DNA from: the human T2T-CHM13v2.0 reference genome, Homo sapiens
Assembly: GCF_009914755.1 (NCBI RefSeq)
Contig: NC_060939.1
Length of the DNA: 64,000 nt
Strand: one strand, 5' to 3'
The stretch's first letter is position 1, and each line of letters starts with the position of its first letter. This document shows positions 14,549 to 30,260 of the stretch, piece by piece. A model generated the notes under the pieces. It saw only the letters and a list, made by a program, of their open reading frames with translations. It searched no databases and was not told the origin of the DNA. The position numbers and the translations under genes were made by a program.

Positions 14549-14998
14549 ACTCTTTAAAAAATGAATACAGTTAGATACCTTTGGACAACCTGCTGAAACA
14601 TTAATAAAAGGACAGCAATAGTGCATGCTGAAACAACATTAGCACTGAAATAGATCACAGAACTATTTATACAGTAATACAATATATATTACATAATAGT
14701 AGTATATATTGTACATGAATATATACATAGTAATAAGTATATAAATATTATTAGAAATGTACTAGATCATATTTATACAAAATATTTGATTAGAAAATCT
14801 TTAAAAAATTCAAGGTACAACTTCACACTTAAATTTGAAGATGTAGACAAAATAACACTTAAGAAAAAGTACCAGAAGAGAATTATAAAGAAATAATGAA
14901 TAGTCCTAAAATCATTAAAGAAGTTGAGTAGGTATTCAGAAATGTAACCCTAAAATCCCCTCCAGGAACAAATTCTACTATGCTTTCAAGAAACAATT

Positions 14999-15418
14999 TG
15001 TAGAGTTTAACGGTGGCCCCTCAAAAAATATGACCACATCAAATCACTAGAACCTGTGAATGTTACCTTATTTGGGTAAAGGACTTATGTGGATGTAACT
15101 GAGTTAAGAATTCTAAGATGAAGAGATCATCCTGGATTGTCCAAGTGGGCCCTAAATCCAATGGTGCGTCCTCATAAAAGATATACAGAGAAGAAACACG
15201 TAGACTAGGAAGAGGCAATGTAGCCATGGATGCATCCGCTATCCACCAGAAGCTGGAGTAGGCTAGGAACGGAATCCCCCCTGGAGCCTCTGGAGGGAGC
15301 GTGACCCTGCTGATACCTGCATGTCACATACCTGGCCTCTAGAACTGTAAATGTCTGTTGTTGTAAACAATCAAGTGCATGGTTGTTTGTTACACCACTC
15401 ACAGGAAATAAAATCACA
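14999..15418 (+). mobile_element. MLT1C-like MaLR solo LTR
   Basis: 'aacctgtgaatgttaccttatttgg', 'gggccctaaatccaat', 'ccaccagaagctgga', 'tggcctctagaactgt'. Confidence 0.85.
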
Positions 15419-15450
15419 AATGATTCCAATATTATAAAAACTATTCTACA

Positions 15451-15762
<312 letters not shown>

Positions 15763-16189
15763 TATTCTACATTTTTTAAGGAGAATGCTTATAACTCATT
15801 TCATGACCCTACTATAACCTTTGTACTAGACTGACTTATGAAAACAGATCTATAACTATCAAACAAAACATAAGCATCTTAAATACAACAATGCATATGA
15901 AAAGTAAAATACTATACCTAAGAAGTGATAGTCTTTGAAATGCAAGAGTGTTTTAACAGAAGAAAAATGATTAATCTCCATTAACAGTTTTGAGGAAACA
16001 AAATAATTATCTTGGATACAGAAAATGCATTTTATAAAATTCAGAATAGTGACAAAATAAAATAAAATTCTTAGAAAACTAGGAACAAAAGAAAAATACC
16101 ATGAACTATGATTAAAAAAGGAAAAGGATTCAAGACCTAGCACAAACATATTGAGTGATGAAATATTTGAAGGTCAAGGATAAGGCAAG

Positions 16190-16481
16190 GGGGATCTGGG
16201 ATGGTGGCCACAGCCAATGACTGGCTGGTAGAAGTAGAACAGGTGGGCTCCACTGCTTCCAGGAGGGACAGCTGTGAGATGCCAGTCAGGTTCCAGCTCC
16301 CTGTGGGGTCGGGCTGTGGCCAGGTGTCAACTCAACCCACACCTCTGCCTACCTGCTTCCCCTGCCCTCTTTTGATTGCCCCACTCCCTTGCAAGTTTTG
16401 ACCGGGAGCAATCCCTCAATAAATCACTTGCACGAGGAACCACAACTCAGATTCTGCTTCTAGGAAGCCCAACCCAAGACA
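16190..16481 (+). mobile_element. LTR16-like ERVL LTR fragment
   Basis: 'ctcaataaatcacttgcac...ctgcttctaggaagcccaacccaagaca' 3' end. Confidence 0.7.
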
Positions 16482-17300
16482 CTGAACACATTTCAGTGTC
16501 AAATTTCCTGACTAGATTATTCCTAAGAGAAAACATTGCCTGTCACTGCTATATAATAGCACAACATAGTCATTTCTAGTTAGACTCTGTCACAAAAAAT
16601 GCTTTAGGCCAACAGGATATAGACTGAAATGAGGGCTGCTGTTCTAAGACACTCAATAATATTGTCTAATAGTCCCAAATCATTCTCATTTTCTCTCTGC
16701 TTTAACCAGCTTTCACAGAGATAGTATATCACTGCATGTCATACAATCTGACCTCTAAATTCTGTTCTAGTTCTTAAACACTGTGATTCAGTAATATTAG
16801 ACTATATACTCTCTTTGAATTTCAGAAGTTGAAGAGGCCCCAGGGACCATTCAGTCTTTCAGATGAGGGAGAAGAGAGTGAGGAAAAGGAGAATGACTAG
16901 CCAAACCCCTAATTTCCTGTGGTCTCTCAGCTGTAGATCCAGCAAAAGAAGATAAATAAAGGAAGCTTCCCTAAAATGATAGGGGTGCATATCCTCTCCT
17001 CTGCACATATGGTGGGTAACAGGACCTCTGCCTCCACAACAAGTCACAGGGTGACAGAGCTAGGTTGAGAAGCTCACTCTGAGGAAGGAAGACCTACAGT
17101 CAGAAGAGGCATGCCAAGTTATCAAGCATCATTTGGAATGATAAAGATTTATGACACAAAACTAAGTTCTTTCTCCACTTAGAAAATGGAGAATCAGGTC
17201 AAATATTTAAATGACTGAGATGAAAAATTATGACATTAATAACTATCATACACTGAGTATTTACCATGTGTCAGGCACCTGAAGCCTCCCAACCCTGTGA

Positions 17301-18905
<1,605 letters not shown>

Positions 18906-18984
18906 AATTACTGTCATTTTTACAGTGAGTCTACTAGACTCCAAAGCCCGTAATCAGTTAACTCTAGCCCTTTACAACTGAACT

Positions 18985-19170
18985 GCTGGTTCTAGAACTT
19001 GAGTTTGCACAAAAATCACCTGGAGTTCTTGTTTAAAATTCAAAGCACCACACTCCACTCTTAGAGATTTGAGCTCTGTAGGTCTAAGATGGGAGCCAGA
19101 AGTATTCAGTGAAAAAAATAGATAGGTGATTTGAATGCAGGTGGTTTTAGGGTAACACTGAGGAACACTA
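18985..19170. mobile_element. MER5A-like
   Basis: 'aatcacctggagttcttgtttaaaat...ctgtaggtctaagatgggagcc...ggtgattt'. Confidence 0.6.
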
Positions 19171-19676
19171 AATTTCACTTCTCTACCTTAGTTATCTGAA
19201 TGTCTGAATAGTTTCTTTATCATAGGAACAGGAAAAGAAGCAATAATGTAATCTATCATAAGACTTAAGAAGAAGTTACTGGACCATCTATCTTTTTTGC
19301 ATAGCACTATGTTGTAGAATGCTTCTACCCATAAGACAGAAATAGCTTAGAATAATTTTGTAGGCTAATATTGAATTTCTCAATCAGGTTTCATTTTAGA
19401 TGACTTTTGCTACACAATTAGTATGAACAGTTATTTGAGTGCACTATCAAATTTTAAAAGTTGTAATTATATACACAAATAAATATAATGTTTTAAGAGT
19501 TGTTTGGGACTCCAACCTTATTATCATGCAAATAATAAATTACATACCTTGCCATACACACAATTTTTGGTAGTGATTGAAACAAGAACCTATTTCTCTA
19601 ACTCCTAACACTAGTTACATTTGGGTCTTTCTCTGTAAAATATTTTTAGTACATTGTCCTAAAAGTCTTTCTATTA

Positions 19677-19957
<281 letters not shown>

Positions 19958-20459
19958 CTAAGTCCCTGGGAAAAAAGTACTTGAATTACGTATATATCTC
20001 ATCAAGAAAACAGTGCATACATTTGAATGCATAAGCCACAATTTTCTTATTGACATACGGGTAACTTACAGAGGAAAGATTTCCATGCATAAATTCTACC
20101 TATGTTCACTTATTATTTAGTGTTTGTAACTTAGGTTGAAGTTGTGAGGTGATCTGTATCTTCCAAGGAACAGAAGACAAAGTAATCAAGCACACCCACC
20201 TGTAGCTCTGTGACGCTCAGGTTCTCAGGGTCACCAGTTGATACCTTCAGGAGACAAAGAAGTCTTGGGCTCTCAAAAATCCCACAAAGCAAGATGGCCA
20301 CCACAATGGAACCCAAGACAAGGGAAGACTGAAGTCCTAAAGCCAGCAATTGGTAATGACAAAAACAGAGGTAAAGTGCTCAAGTGAGGCTGACTGATGA
20401 GTCACATTTTAAAAACAATGACCAAAGCCAAATATCTCTGTTCTTAAAAGTTGTTTCAG

Positions 20460-20781
<322 letters not shown>

Positions 20782-21750
20782 CTATGTCTACAAGACTAAA
20801 CCAAAACATTAATGGTGAAGAAAAACGTCCTGTCTAGAAGAGTTGACTGCTGTCTATTAAAACAAAAGTGGAGGTGGGATAGCAGAGGAGGGGTGAAGAG
20901 TAAATCATAGGATTTAAACAGATGATGACAAGGCCAGGTGCCTAGGGACAGACAGATTACTAAGAAATTTATGATATGCTAATTTCAATTCTGAGTCTTG
21001 TCACTGATTTAAGTTCCAGTGTACTCTGGACATCTCATAGTCAAAATATAACCATTTGGAACATTTAATATCCATGAAAAGATTGTAAAACAAGAATGTA
21101 AATGAAAAAAGCATTTTTAAAAAGCCAATGAAATTTGTCTTTTCTTTATACCAACTACTTAGCTTCCAAGATTGCCAAGGACTTTTCAGAAAACAGTGTT
21201 TATTGTCAGTGATTCAGCAGGGAAACTGATCTGCTGGTCTTTGGCTTGGCCACATCTGAGGCCAATTCCAAGAATTTCCTAACTTAGAGCTTAATCACTG
21301 GAATAAGACCGAAGGCCTAAACCCAGATAATTCCTATTTTAGATACAGACCTCATGGGCTGATTTACTGGTTTTATCTTTAAAATAGCTTCAAAAATAAT
21401 TGGGCTGTAGGGGTGAAAAATCCCACTCTCTCTGTATTGATTGTCAAGACACATAGGGGAGACTTCAGAGAAAAGTTAACATCAGCCTTTCCCTCCCCAC
21501 TTTACCTTCAATACCTGCCCATCTTACTTTGGAACTACATACTTCAAACATAGGGCCCTTTTTCTACCTCCTCCATATCTCTCCCCCAGCACTCATTGTC
21601 CTAACATCCATATCCACTTCCATTTTGACTCCATGACGATGCAAAGTTAAGCTCCTAGAGAATACATTTGATCATCTTATGCTTAAAGATGCCCACAAGA
21701 TAGGACTTAAATTTGTAACGTAACATTAAAAGACTCTTCACATTCTAGCC

Positions 21751-21914
21751 AATGGATTGGCAAACTACAGCCTACGTGCCAAATCTGACCCACCAACTCT
21801 TCTTGTAAAGTTTTATTAGAACATAGCCACGCCTATTCATTTGTGTATTGTCTATGACAGCTTTCATACAAGGGTAGAGTTGAGTAAGTCTCCCCAAAGC
21901 CAGAAACATTTACT

Positions 21915-21945
<31 letters not shown>

Positions 21946-22265
21946 AGACAGAGTCTTGCTCTGTCGCCCAGGCTGGAGTGCAGTGGCACAATCTCGGCTC
22001 ACTGCAAGCTCTGCCTCCTGGGTTCACACCATTCTCCTGCCTCAGCCTCCTAAGGAGCTGGGACTGCAGGCGCCCACCACCACAGCCAGCTAATTTTTTG
22101 TATTTTTTTTTTTTTTTAGTGGAGACGGGGTTTCACCATGTTAGCCAGGATGGTCTCGATCTCCTGACGTCGTGATCCACCCGCCTCGGCCTCCCAAACT
22201 GCTGGGATTACAGGCATGAGCCACCACACCCGGCCACATTTACTGTTTTTACATTACCAACCCTG
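21751..22265. mobile_element. MER58A-like hAT element split by AluY
   Basis: 'attggcaaactacagcc...ccaaatctgacccacc...aaagttttattagaacatagccacg' ... 'ttaccaaccctg'. Confidence 0.75.
21917..22235 (-). mobile_element. AluY
   Basis: 'ctgcaagctc', 'ccattctcc', 'ttagccaggatggtctcgatctc'; TSD acatttactg. Confidence 0.95.
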
Positions 22266-22279
22266 ATCTAGGCCTCAAT

Positions 22280-22730
22280 TCACTTTTTCAGTCTCCTTTG
22301 CTGTCTGTCCCCAAAGTAAGTTCACTACACTCTAAAACCAGACTGACTATTCTCCAAACATACCACTGTCTTTTAAGAATACTCAGTTCTGAATACATTG
22401 TTCTCTGTTCCTTGAAAGTTCATATCATGCTGCTAAAACTGGTGAGCTCCCTCTCTTTCTTTACGTCTCAACCCAAATATTATCTTCTCTGTGAAACCTT
22501 CCCTGACTCTCCCCAGACAGATTGGCCTCTCCCTCCTCTATTCTGTCTTAATACTTTATATGTGCTTCTGTTATAGCATGTATCACTTCATATCTCACTC
22601 ATCAAGATATCTTATTAGGCTATGAGCTCTTGGAGAGCAGTTGTCTGAATTTTTGTATTCCATGTGTCTTGCCGAGTGGCTGACTTATTTACATGTTTGC
22701 TAAGTGTTTGATGAATGAATGAATGAGCGA
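22280..22730 (+). mobile_element. L2 3' fragment
   Basis: 'tctgtgaaaccttccctgact', ending in 'gatgaatgaatgaatga'. Confidence 0.7.
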
Positions 22731-24271
22731 TTTGCAGACCATGCATATTAATTTGGAACACTGGCCATGTTTGTTAAGTTATATTTTACTAATTTAATTA
22801 GCTTAGTCATCTTACAGAAAAATGTGCTTTGCTCACGGGAATGGGTTAAGAGATAGTGTCCAAAACAATTTGCAATTTATCCCTACCACAGAAAAATAAA
22901 AACAGTCAAAGCAAAACTGAGTATCCTATGTTTATACCTTAAGAACCATGCATTCTTATGAATGAGCTATCAAGAGGGTGTCTATAAAGTGGAGTCTTTC
23001 TATTTAACTACTTCTCTCTGTTCTCCATTCTCAAGTTCTCCATTCTTCTCTCTGTTCTCCATTCTCAAGGAAGAAAGAACAATTGCACAGTTGAGTTTTA
23101 ATTAGGGCAACACTTTCCTTCTCCTTAATAAAAATCCAATACACCAAGTACAGATTTATTGATTAAAATCTTAAATTCCACTTTTCAAACAACATAAAGA
23201 AATCCTTCCTCAGTCCTTTTGTAAGCCTCTGTATTGATAAATTGACACATTTAATATTGAGTCACTCTTAGACCAAAGAGTACTTGTGTGTCCACATTTC
23301 TAGTTAGCAAAATGATGTTGGAAAAGGTAGAAGTAAACTTATGACACTAGCCTATTTTTTTTCATGGTATAATGTTTCCCAACATCTCCCGACATTGAAT
23401 GAAGCACTTTTCTGAAAGCTGAAAATATTTTTTTATTGAATAGGCTGTAACAAGCACTAGAATAAAATGTTCAATTCATACAACTGAGATTGATTCATTT
23501 CTTTTGTATCCACTGTTTATGGAAAGATTTTACCTTTGAAAGACAACTAGTCCTATAGTTTCTTGAAAAGCTAAGGTATGCATTAAGTAGAAAAATAATT
23601 AGACACAAAATATTAGAAGATTCCACAGATCCCTCCTGGAAAAGGCTGTGTTGAAGTTTGAACACTTACATGGTGGCCCCCCACTTTGTCCTTAGGGCGG
23701 GACACAGCTCGCTTCCCTGGCCAGAGTCTGAACATTTCTCAATCACTGTGGCTGCACTGGCTGGAGGGGGGTTTGCTGTGCCAAACATTATTCTCATCCT
23801 TGTCTTTGGCCCATGCCAGGCCACAGCCCACTTCCTATGATGGCAGGACTTGTATGAAGCTACCATGATTGAAAATCAAATTCATATCCTAGGGTAACTG
23901 ATTCAGAATCAGATCTGACTTGGAGCCAAACTTTTAAAATCATTTCTGAGCTTTCATGTTGTCTTCTGAAAAATGGAAAGGATAATAATAACGCACCAAT
24001 TGCAAAGATGAATTAATGAGCTAAAGGTGAAAAATCAATCTATAAAGCTAGGAGAAATACAGATGAATTTTTTGAAATGACCTTTGGTTAGAGAAGGCTT
24101 TTCTAAACATGAAAACAAATGAGAAACCAAAGAGGAAAAAGATCAGTGGATATTTCTCCAAGGGTTTAGAAAGAAAGTTCTCAATCAGAATTGGGTGAGC
24201 TATGTGGGAGTACGGCCTTAAAAGTTGCTATTTTTTCTTCTATGTTTGAGCAGGGATTTGATATGTTTCCT

Positions 24272-24660
24272 TGCTGTGGTGTGCATGTCCCCTCCAAAAC
24301 TCACGTTGAAATTTAATCCCTAGTGTGGCAGTATCAAGAGAGGCCTTTAAGAGGTGACTGGATCACGAGAGCTCTGCCCTCAAGAATGCATTAATCCATT
24401 CGTGGATTAATGGACTAATGAGTTATCATAGGAGGGGAACCGGTGACTTTATAGAAAGAGGAAGAAAGACCTGAGTAAGCAGGTTTGCCTGCTTAGTCCC
24501 CTTGCCATGGGATGTCCTGCACTACCTCAGGACTCTTCCAAATGTACCTCATCAACTTTGGACTTCCCAGACTCCAGAATTGTAAGAAATAAATTTCATT
24601 TCTTATAAATTACCCAGTTTCAGGCACTCTTCTATAAGCAACAGAAAATGGACCAAGATA
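24272..24660 (+). mobile_element. MSTC/MSTD-like MaLR solo LTR
   Basis: 'tcccctccaaaactcacgttgaaatttaatccc', 'aattacccagtttcagg'; 5-bp TSD ttcct on both sides. Confidence 0.88.
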
Positions 24661-24704
24661 TTCCTTATCTTTCATATGGAATGGCCTTAGAAGTCCTAAT
24701 GTCT

Positions 24705-24860
24705 AGCCGGGCTCAGAGGCTCACGCCTGTAATCCCAGCACTTTGGGAGGCTGAGGCAGGAGGATCATGAGGTCAGGAGATCAAGACCATTCTGGCTAAC
24801 ACGGTGGATTCTACCGTGGCTGTCTCTACTAAAAATACAAAAACAAAAACAAAAAAAAAA
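24705..24860 (+). mobile_element. Left-arm-only AluY-like element
   Basis: 'gatcaagaccattctggctaacacggtg'; near-perfect 17-bp TSD tagaag(t/c)cctaatgtct. Confidence 0.9.
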
Positions 24861-25099
24861 TGTAGAAGCCCTAATGTCTGCATATTGATTTTCCTGTTGT
24901 CCCAATTCCTTTTGAATGTCTCCACCACATACTGCATTTTCTCTATGTGTAGTGCTTACGGCTGTCCTACAGAAGTGCATATTCCCCTTATCTTTCTTCC
25001 TGTATGAATGCCAGACACTAGGCGAAAACATGGACATGTAAGAATTTTAAATATTACAGCGACCCAGAAAGCCCAGAATAATTAAAATCTGTGACTATG

Positions 25100-25370
25100 A
25101 ATGTGAATGCATAGACTTTTTAATAAAGTTCAAAGGCAAATGACAGACTATAGGAAAATAACTGCCACATTTATGACAAATGCTTATTAACATTCTAACA
25201 TATAATAAAAATGTTTAAAACAGTAAGAAAAATACTGGTACATTCATAGAAACATTGTCAAAGACACAGAAAGATAATTCACAAAAGAAGAAACAGAAAT
25301 AGCAGTAAACATATAAAAATTTATCATTGGTCAAAAAGTTCAAATTCAAGAAAAGACATTGTCCATTTAT
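25100..25370 (+). mobile_element. Old L1M fragment (probably continuous with 24020-24150)
   Basis: 'aaagttcaaaggcaaatgacagact', 'gataattcacaaaagaagaaacagaaatagc'. Confidence 0.6.
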
Positions 25371-27250
25371 TACAATGATTTTCAAACTTGCTCTGCATCA
25401 CAATCCTTTGAGGAGTTTTTGAAAAACACACATGTCTAGGCTTCATCTCTCAGTGGTTCTGAATTAGGAGATAAGAAGTGGAAGCAAGAACCTGTTTGAC
25501 AATTGTAAAAATATATACTCAGAATGAGAGCACTTGTTCCACGTATCTTCAAGTGTTTTCAAAGCCTAGCACTATTCATACTATTCTATAACTACCTGAT
25601 TCCTGAGTTTCTAATTTTGACGTAAGTGGTGTACTTTATTTGTTGAGGTATCTCTAGAATTTTCTTACTACTGCTTTCACATATAAATAGAGTTCCGGAT
25701 TTAGAAATGTATCATAAACTTTAACCTTTAATACTCCATAGGCTTTTATCTATTGCTTTCTGCTTTTTGGAGCTTGTCATCTTCTCTCTTTCCCTCCTTT
25801 CTATCCTCCTTTCCTTCCTTCTATTCTTTACTCATCCTTAAAGACAGAAAATGTTCTCTAGGGCTAGTTCCTAATCAACAGCAAAGGTTGAGTCCTCAGA
25901 CCTCCTTAGACCTTTCTACTGCCCACTTGGGGATTGGCACACCTGCTTCTCAGTTCAGTTTGATATGCAGTGCCCTTGCTCAATATGCCGTAGACAGCCT
26001 TCTTCTAGCATAAGTTCAGTTGAGCCTTGATCTGATATTTGCTTTTTTGACGTGACATAGAGAATCAGTCACAGTTTGAAACAACATCCACCATTCATAA
26101 ATATTTCATCTTTAGTCCTGTCTGCAATATTTTTCCTTAGACAACCAAGAGCTAATACTTCACGGGCTAATGTGAGCTTTGAGTTACAGTGACTGAATGT
26201 AAAAAACAGCTGATGGGGTGGGGAAGAGTAGGATTCTGGGCTTGGAAGCTTGTGTTTAATTGGGTTGCACCTCCCTATTTTCCAGGGCAGGGCAGGGCTA
26301 GTCAAGTCTGGTCAGTGGGCGTGATTAGAGCCTTCACAGCCAGTACCTGCCCTGCTCTCACAGAGCACGATGTGGTTTGTTATATGTAATCCTACAATGG
26401 GCTTTTCAATCCATTTCCATCAGTGATTCAGTTGGTGTAAATTCCCCAACCACAGCAAATGTAGTTGACAACTCTGTCGCTGGTTTCTATGTTTTTATAT
26501 ATTTTTTGAAGCATTTAAATAGGAAATTAGGAGAAGACTTACTGGGCACATTCAATTTATCATGATGACAGCTCAGAAGTAGAGAGTCATATGTACATTC
26601 TCCAAATCTCCCACTCAGGAAATACATATATCAGAGTTTAAGAGTCTGTAATGAATAAAGACAGAAAATGGGCTAATTGAAGGTGGTACAAGGGAATTAA
26701 AAACCCTAATTTTACAAAAATGTACTCACTTTATTTTATTGTACCCCCTGAAGGTAAGCAGAATGTAATTGGGGAATAACTTCGGTTAACAAATGGTGAT
26801 AGCTAAGACACTTTAAATTGGATTAGAAATTTGGAAATATACTACAAAATGAATTATGTAAATATAAGATCCTCAGTATACTTCCAGAACTATAGGACCC
26901 AAGGTTGCATTATGTAGCTATATTATTTGCATATATGTATAATTTGTATACAAATTATTGTAGATTGGAGCTGTGAGATGAATATGGTAGGGCTCAGAAA
27001 GAGATCTGGATCCTAGAAATCATCAGAAAGGGAAGTAGTCAAATACCACACTGTGCCCCACCACCCAGTGCAGTTCTGGTCATTGGGCCTCAATAAAACT
27101 TAACAACCTAGAGAAGGTTGCAGAAGGACATCGCAACTGAATGAGAAATGGACAGCTAGGGTTCCTGCTCACAGGACTGGGTAGACCTGCTGAAAGGAGA
27201 GAGTTAAGTTCAAACACTGCAGAGTGATTTCAAGAGGTCCAATAGATTTA

Positions 27251-27296
27251 CTCTCTCTCTCTGTACACACAAACACACACACACACACACACACAC
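27251..27296 (+). repeat. Compound (CT)n(CA)n microsatellite
   Basis: Directly visible. Confidence 0.95.
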
Positions 27297-27949
27297 GAAT
27301 GTTTCTTAAAACTATATATTTGGCTCTATTAATGGCCTTAATAGGCTATTAGCTGGAAGCACAGTTGTTGGAGGAAAACTTTTCAAGGTGACTTGGAGAA
27401 GAACAGTCTTGGGTGCCAGGGATAGAATCCCGGGCTGGCTGGATGGCTAGACAGGTTTTGTTGCAGCATCTCTGATGCTTTATGACTGCACAGTACATGA
27501 TAAGTGTTCTTGTCACCTTTTGCTTCTTGTGCTTTCAAATAATTATATGAAATTGGCTGTGGAATATCTACACTCCCTTGCTGTAACGCTGTTATAAGGT
27601 GCTGATTCTCAGTACTGGCTTCAATAGAAGAAAGTGGGAGAAACTAGATAAGGAAATACAACAGAAAATAGAGCACAAATACAAATAAGGAATGCACTGC
27701 TTTTCTGAGTTACCTCAGATGAACCTTTAAGGGATCCTGTAGCAAAATTTCAATAGCAGACGATCCAGTCCTAAAATATAAGGACCGATATCATTACCCA
27801 GCACTTTGCAAGACCCCAGGTGAGTCCCAGGAGGCATAGCATGTGCTATCAATGTGGCTCCTATCTCCTAATCCATCTCTTAAATTTTTTGTTTGCTTTT
27901 ACCAGAGAAAAACATATACCTACCACCTATTGAAGGGCAGGTACAGCAG

Positions 27950-28160
27950 AAAACATTTTATAGTATTTCATCTTCAAAACCACAGCCCTACAAGATTGGG
28001 AATATCCTTATTTTACAGATAAGTGAGGCGTACAGAGGTTAGAAAATTTCTGAAGGTCTCACAGCTAACAATTGATGGGGGTCATAGTTTGAATGTAACT
28101 TGATGTATAACTTGATCCAGATATAACTCCATTCCAAAATCCAAGTTCTGAGCCACTTTC
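27950..28160 (-). mobile_element. MIR
   Basis: 'ttttacagataagtgaggcgtacagaggtt...aaggtctcacagcta'. Confidence 0.6.
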
Positions 28161-28864
28161 CCACAGTCCTTCTAGTTGAATTACAAAGTGAGCATCAATG
28201 TTAGTCTCCTCGATGACAAATGAAGCTGTCTACAAATATATGCTGAAGAAGAAAACTTTATGGCTTCAAAAGTGAAACCAGGAGGTAAATGACTGAGGTT
28301 GGCAATGTCAGATTCAGTGTATGGGGTTTTTCATGCTGCCAGAGCCTCTCCTGTGGGACAACGTCCATAAGTGAGCTTGTCATGCCACCTTGCCATCCTC
28401 ACAACTTCCAGCAAACCAACTGCGTATGGACATCTTATTTTCCTTGGCTTTTCTTCTTCCTCTGCCCCTGTGGCTCTGAGCTCACCCTATCTCTTGGGCT
28501 CAGCTTTTTGTGCTCTCCCCTTCTGCTGTGAACATGGTCCCTTGGCTCACCCGCAAGTCTGCTTGCTGCTACCCTATGGAGGCACCTTCAGTGACCTCTT
28601 TTACTTTGGCTAATATCTGACCTTAGGCGAAACCTGGTTTTCGGCTTATTACTTCCTCACTTGTTTTGACAATTAGAAGGGGACCCATTCTGTTGTACAG
28701 GAAGAAGTTTGTCCCAGGAAGTGGATCTTGGTGCAATATGAGGAAGATTTCTCTAGTAGTCAGGGCTATGAAAAGATAGGATGATCTGCCTGGGGTGGTA
28801 GTAATAATTTTTTGTCACTGGAGGGATTCAAATATAGCTGTGTGATGATTTGGTGAGGAGACCT

Positions 28865-29200
28865 CAGTATCTATGTTGTGAGCAGTAACAAAGACAGCCA
28901 AAACCTCAGCAACTTGCAACAACTCAGGCTTATCTGTCACCCAAGTTACATAGTATACGTATGTCATGGTTTAATCGTGAATCTCCTCTTCATCATCCTC
29001 CCTTAGAGTCCCAGGCTAACAGAGCAGCCCTTACCAGGACACTGCAGGTTTCATATCAGAGCAAAAAGAGAGTTATGGCAAACCATGAGTTGGTTCTTAA
29101 AGCCACAGTTCAGATGTGACATTTGTACACGTATTTAATTGAGTAAAGCAAGTCACATGGCCACTCTGAGTTAAAAAGTGGGGAGATGTATAATTGCCCC
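28865..29200 (-). mobile_element. MLT1 (I/J-like) LTR
   Basis: 'agtaacaaagacagccaaaacctcagc', 'cccaggctaacagagcagcc', 'aaagcaagtcacatggcc'. Confidence 0.65.
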
Positions 29201-29547
29201 TGAAAGAGGAAGACAAGTTCTGTGCCCAAGCTTGGCATCAGTGGGGCACGGAAGAATAAGGGACAGTCAATCTTTGGAACAGTGACATAAGCTACCACGA
29301 TGTCACTGCTACATTAGGGGTTCTAACAGTGAAAATTAGGTGGGTTCGGCCACATAATTTGTAAGTTTCCTTCTAGCCTTGAGATTCTGTGATATGTAAG
29401 GACCTCCCAATCTTTTTGTGAGAAGCAATCACTTTTTGAAATACTGAGGCAGGAGAGTCAGGGCATAGAGTGATAGGGACTGTAAAGTTCCTGAAGGAGG
29501 TTGGCAGCAGCTTCTTACTATGCCCTTCCCTGCAGACTCTGAATGAC

Positions 29548-29852
29548 CTAGTGTCCAGTAGAAATATGGTGTGAACCACATGTAAATTTAAAATTGTCCG
29601 TGAGTCACATTTTAAAAAATTTAAAAAGCCACAGGTAATATTCATTTTAATAATTTATTTAACCCAGTATATTTACAATATTATTTCAACATAAAATCAA
29701 TATAAAAATTACTAATGACATTTTTTACCTTCTTTGTTTTATACTAAATCTTCAAAATCTGTGCATAGTTCACACTTAGACCTCAATTTGGAGTAGCCCC
29801 ATTTTAAGTGCTCAAAACATGTGGCTAGTAGCTGCTGTATTGGACAGTATGC
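29548..29852. mobile_element. MER33/MER3-like hAT-Charlie element
   Basis: Termini 'tgtccagtagaaatat' and 'gtggctagtagctgctgtattggacag'. Confidence 0.8.
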
Positions 29853-30009
29853 ATTTAATGGAAAATGCTAAGCCTCTGGTGTCAGATACGCTTGGATTTG
29901 GGGTCTCAGGTTGGACTAGGGGGTGGTCCTTAGCTGTCGCTATTGAACAGAGTTGGAGAGAAGCAAGAATAAACAAGGTTTCATAAGTACCACCACAGAG
30001 GCATAAATC

Positions 30010-30260
30010 TAGTGTAGTGGTTACCATTGCAGATTGGGATTAGACAGACTAAATTTGAAACTGACTTGATTGGAAACCAGCTATGCCACCTCCAACTCTG
30101 TGGTCTTAGGTAAGTTAACGAAACTTTTTTTAGTCTTAATTTTTTATCTGTAAAGAGAGGAAAGTTTTACCTTTCTTGAATGACCTATGCAAGTATTGTT
30201 GATAGCATACATATGTTGCCTGGCACATAATAGATACTTAGTAAATAGTAATCAATGATA
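30010..30260 (+). mobile_element. MIR
   Basis: 'gtgtagtggtta...ctgtggtcttaggtaagtta...gcctggcacataatagatact'. Confidence 0.65.

Noticed and set aside
24389-24500. Palindromes cattaatcca...tggattaatg and taagcagg...cctgctta
   Set aside because: Inside an MST LTR; the first is a usual feature of that family
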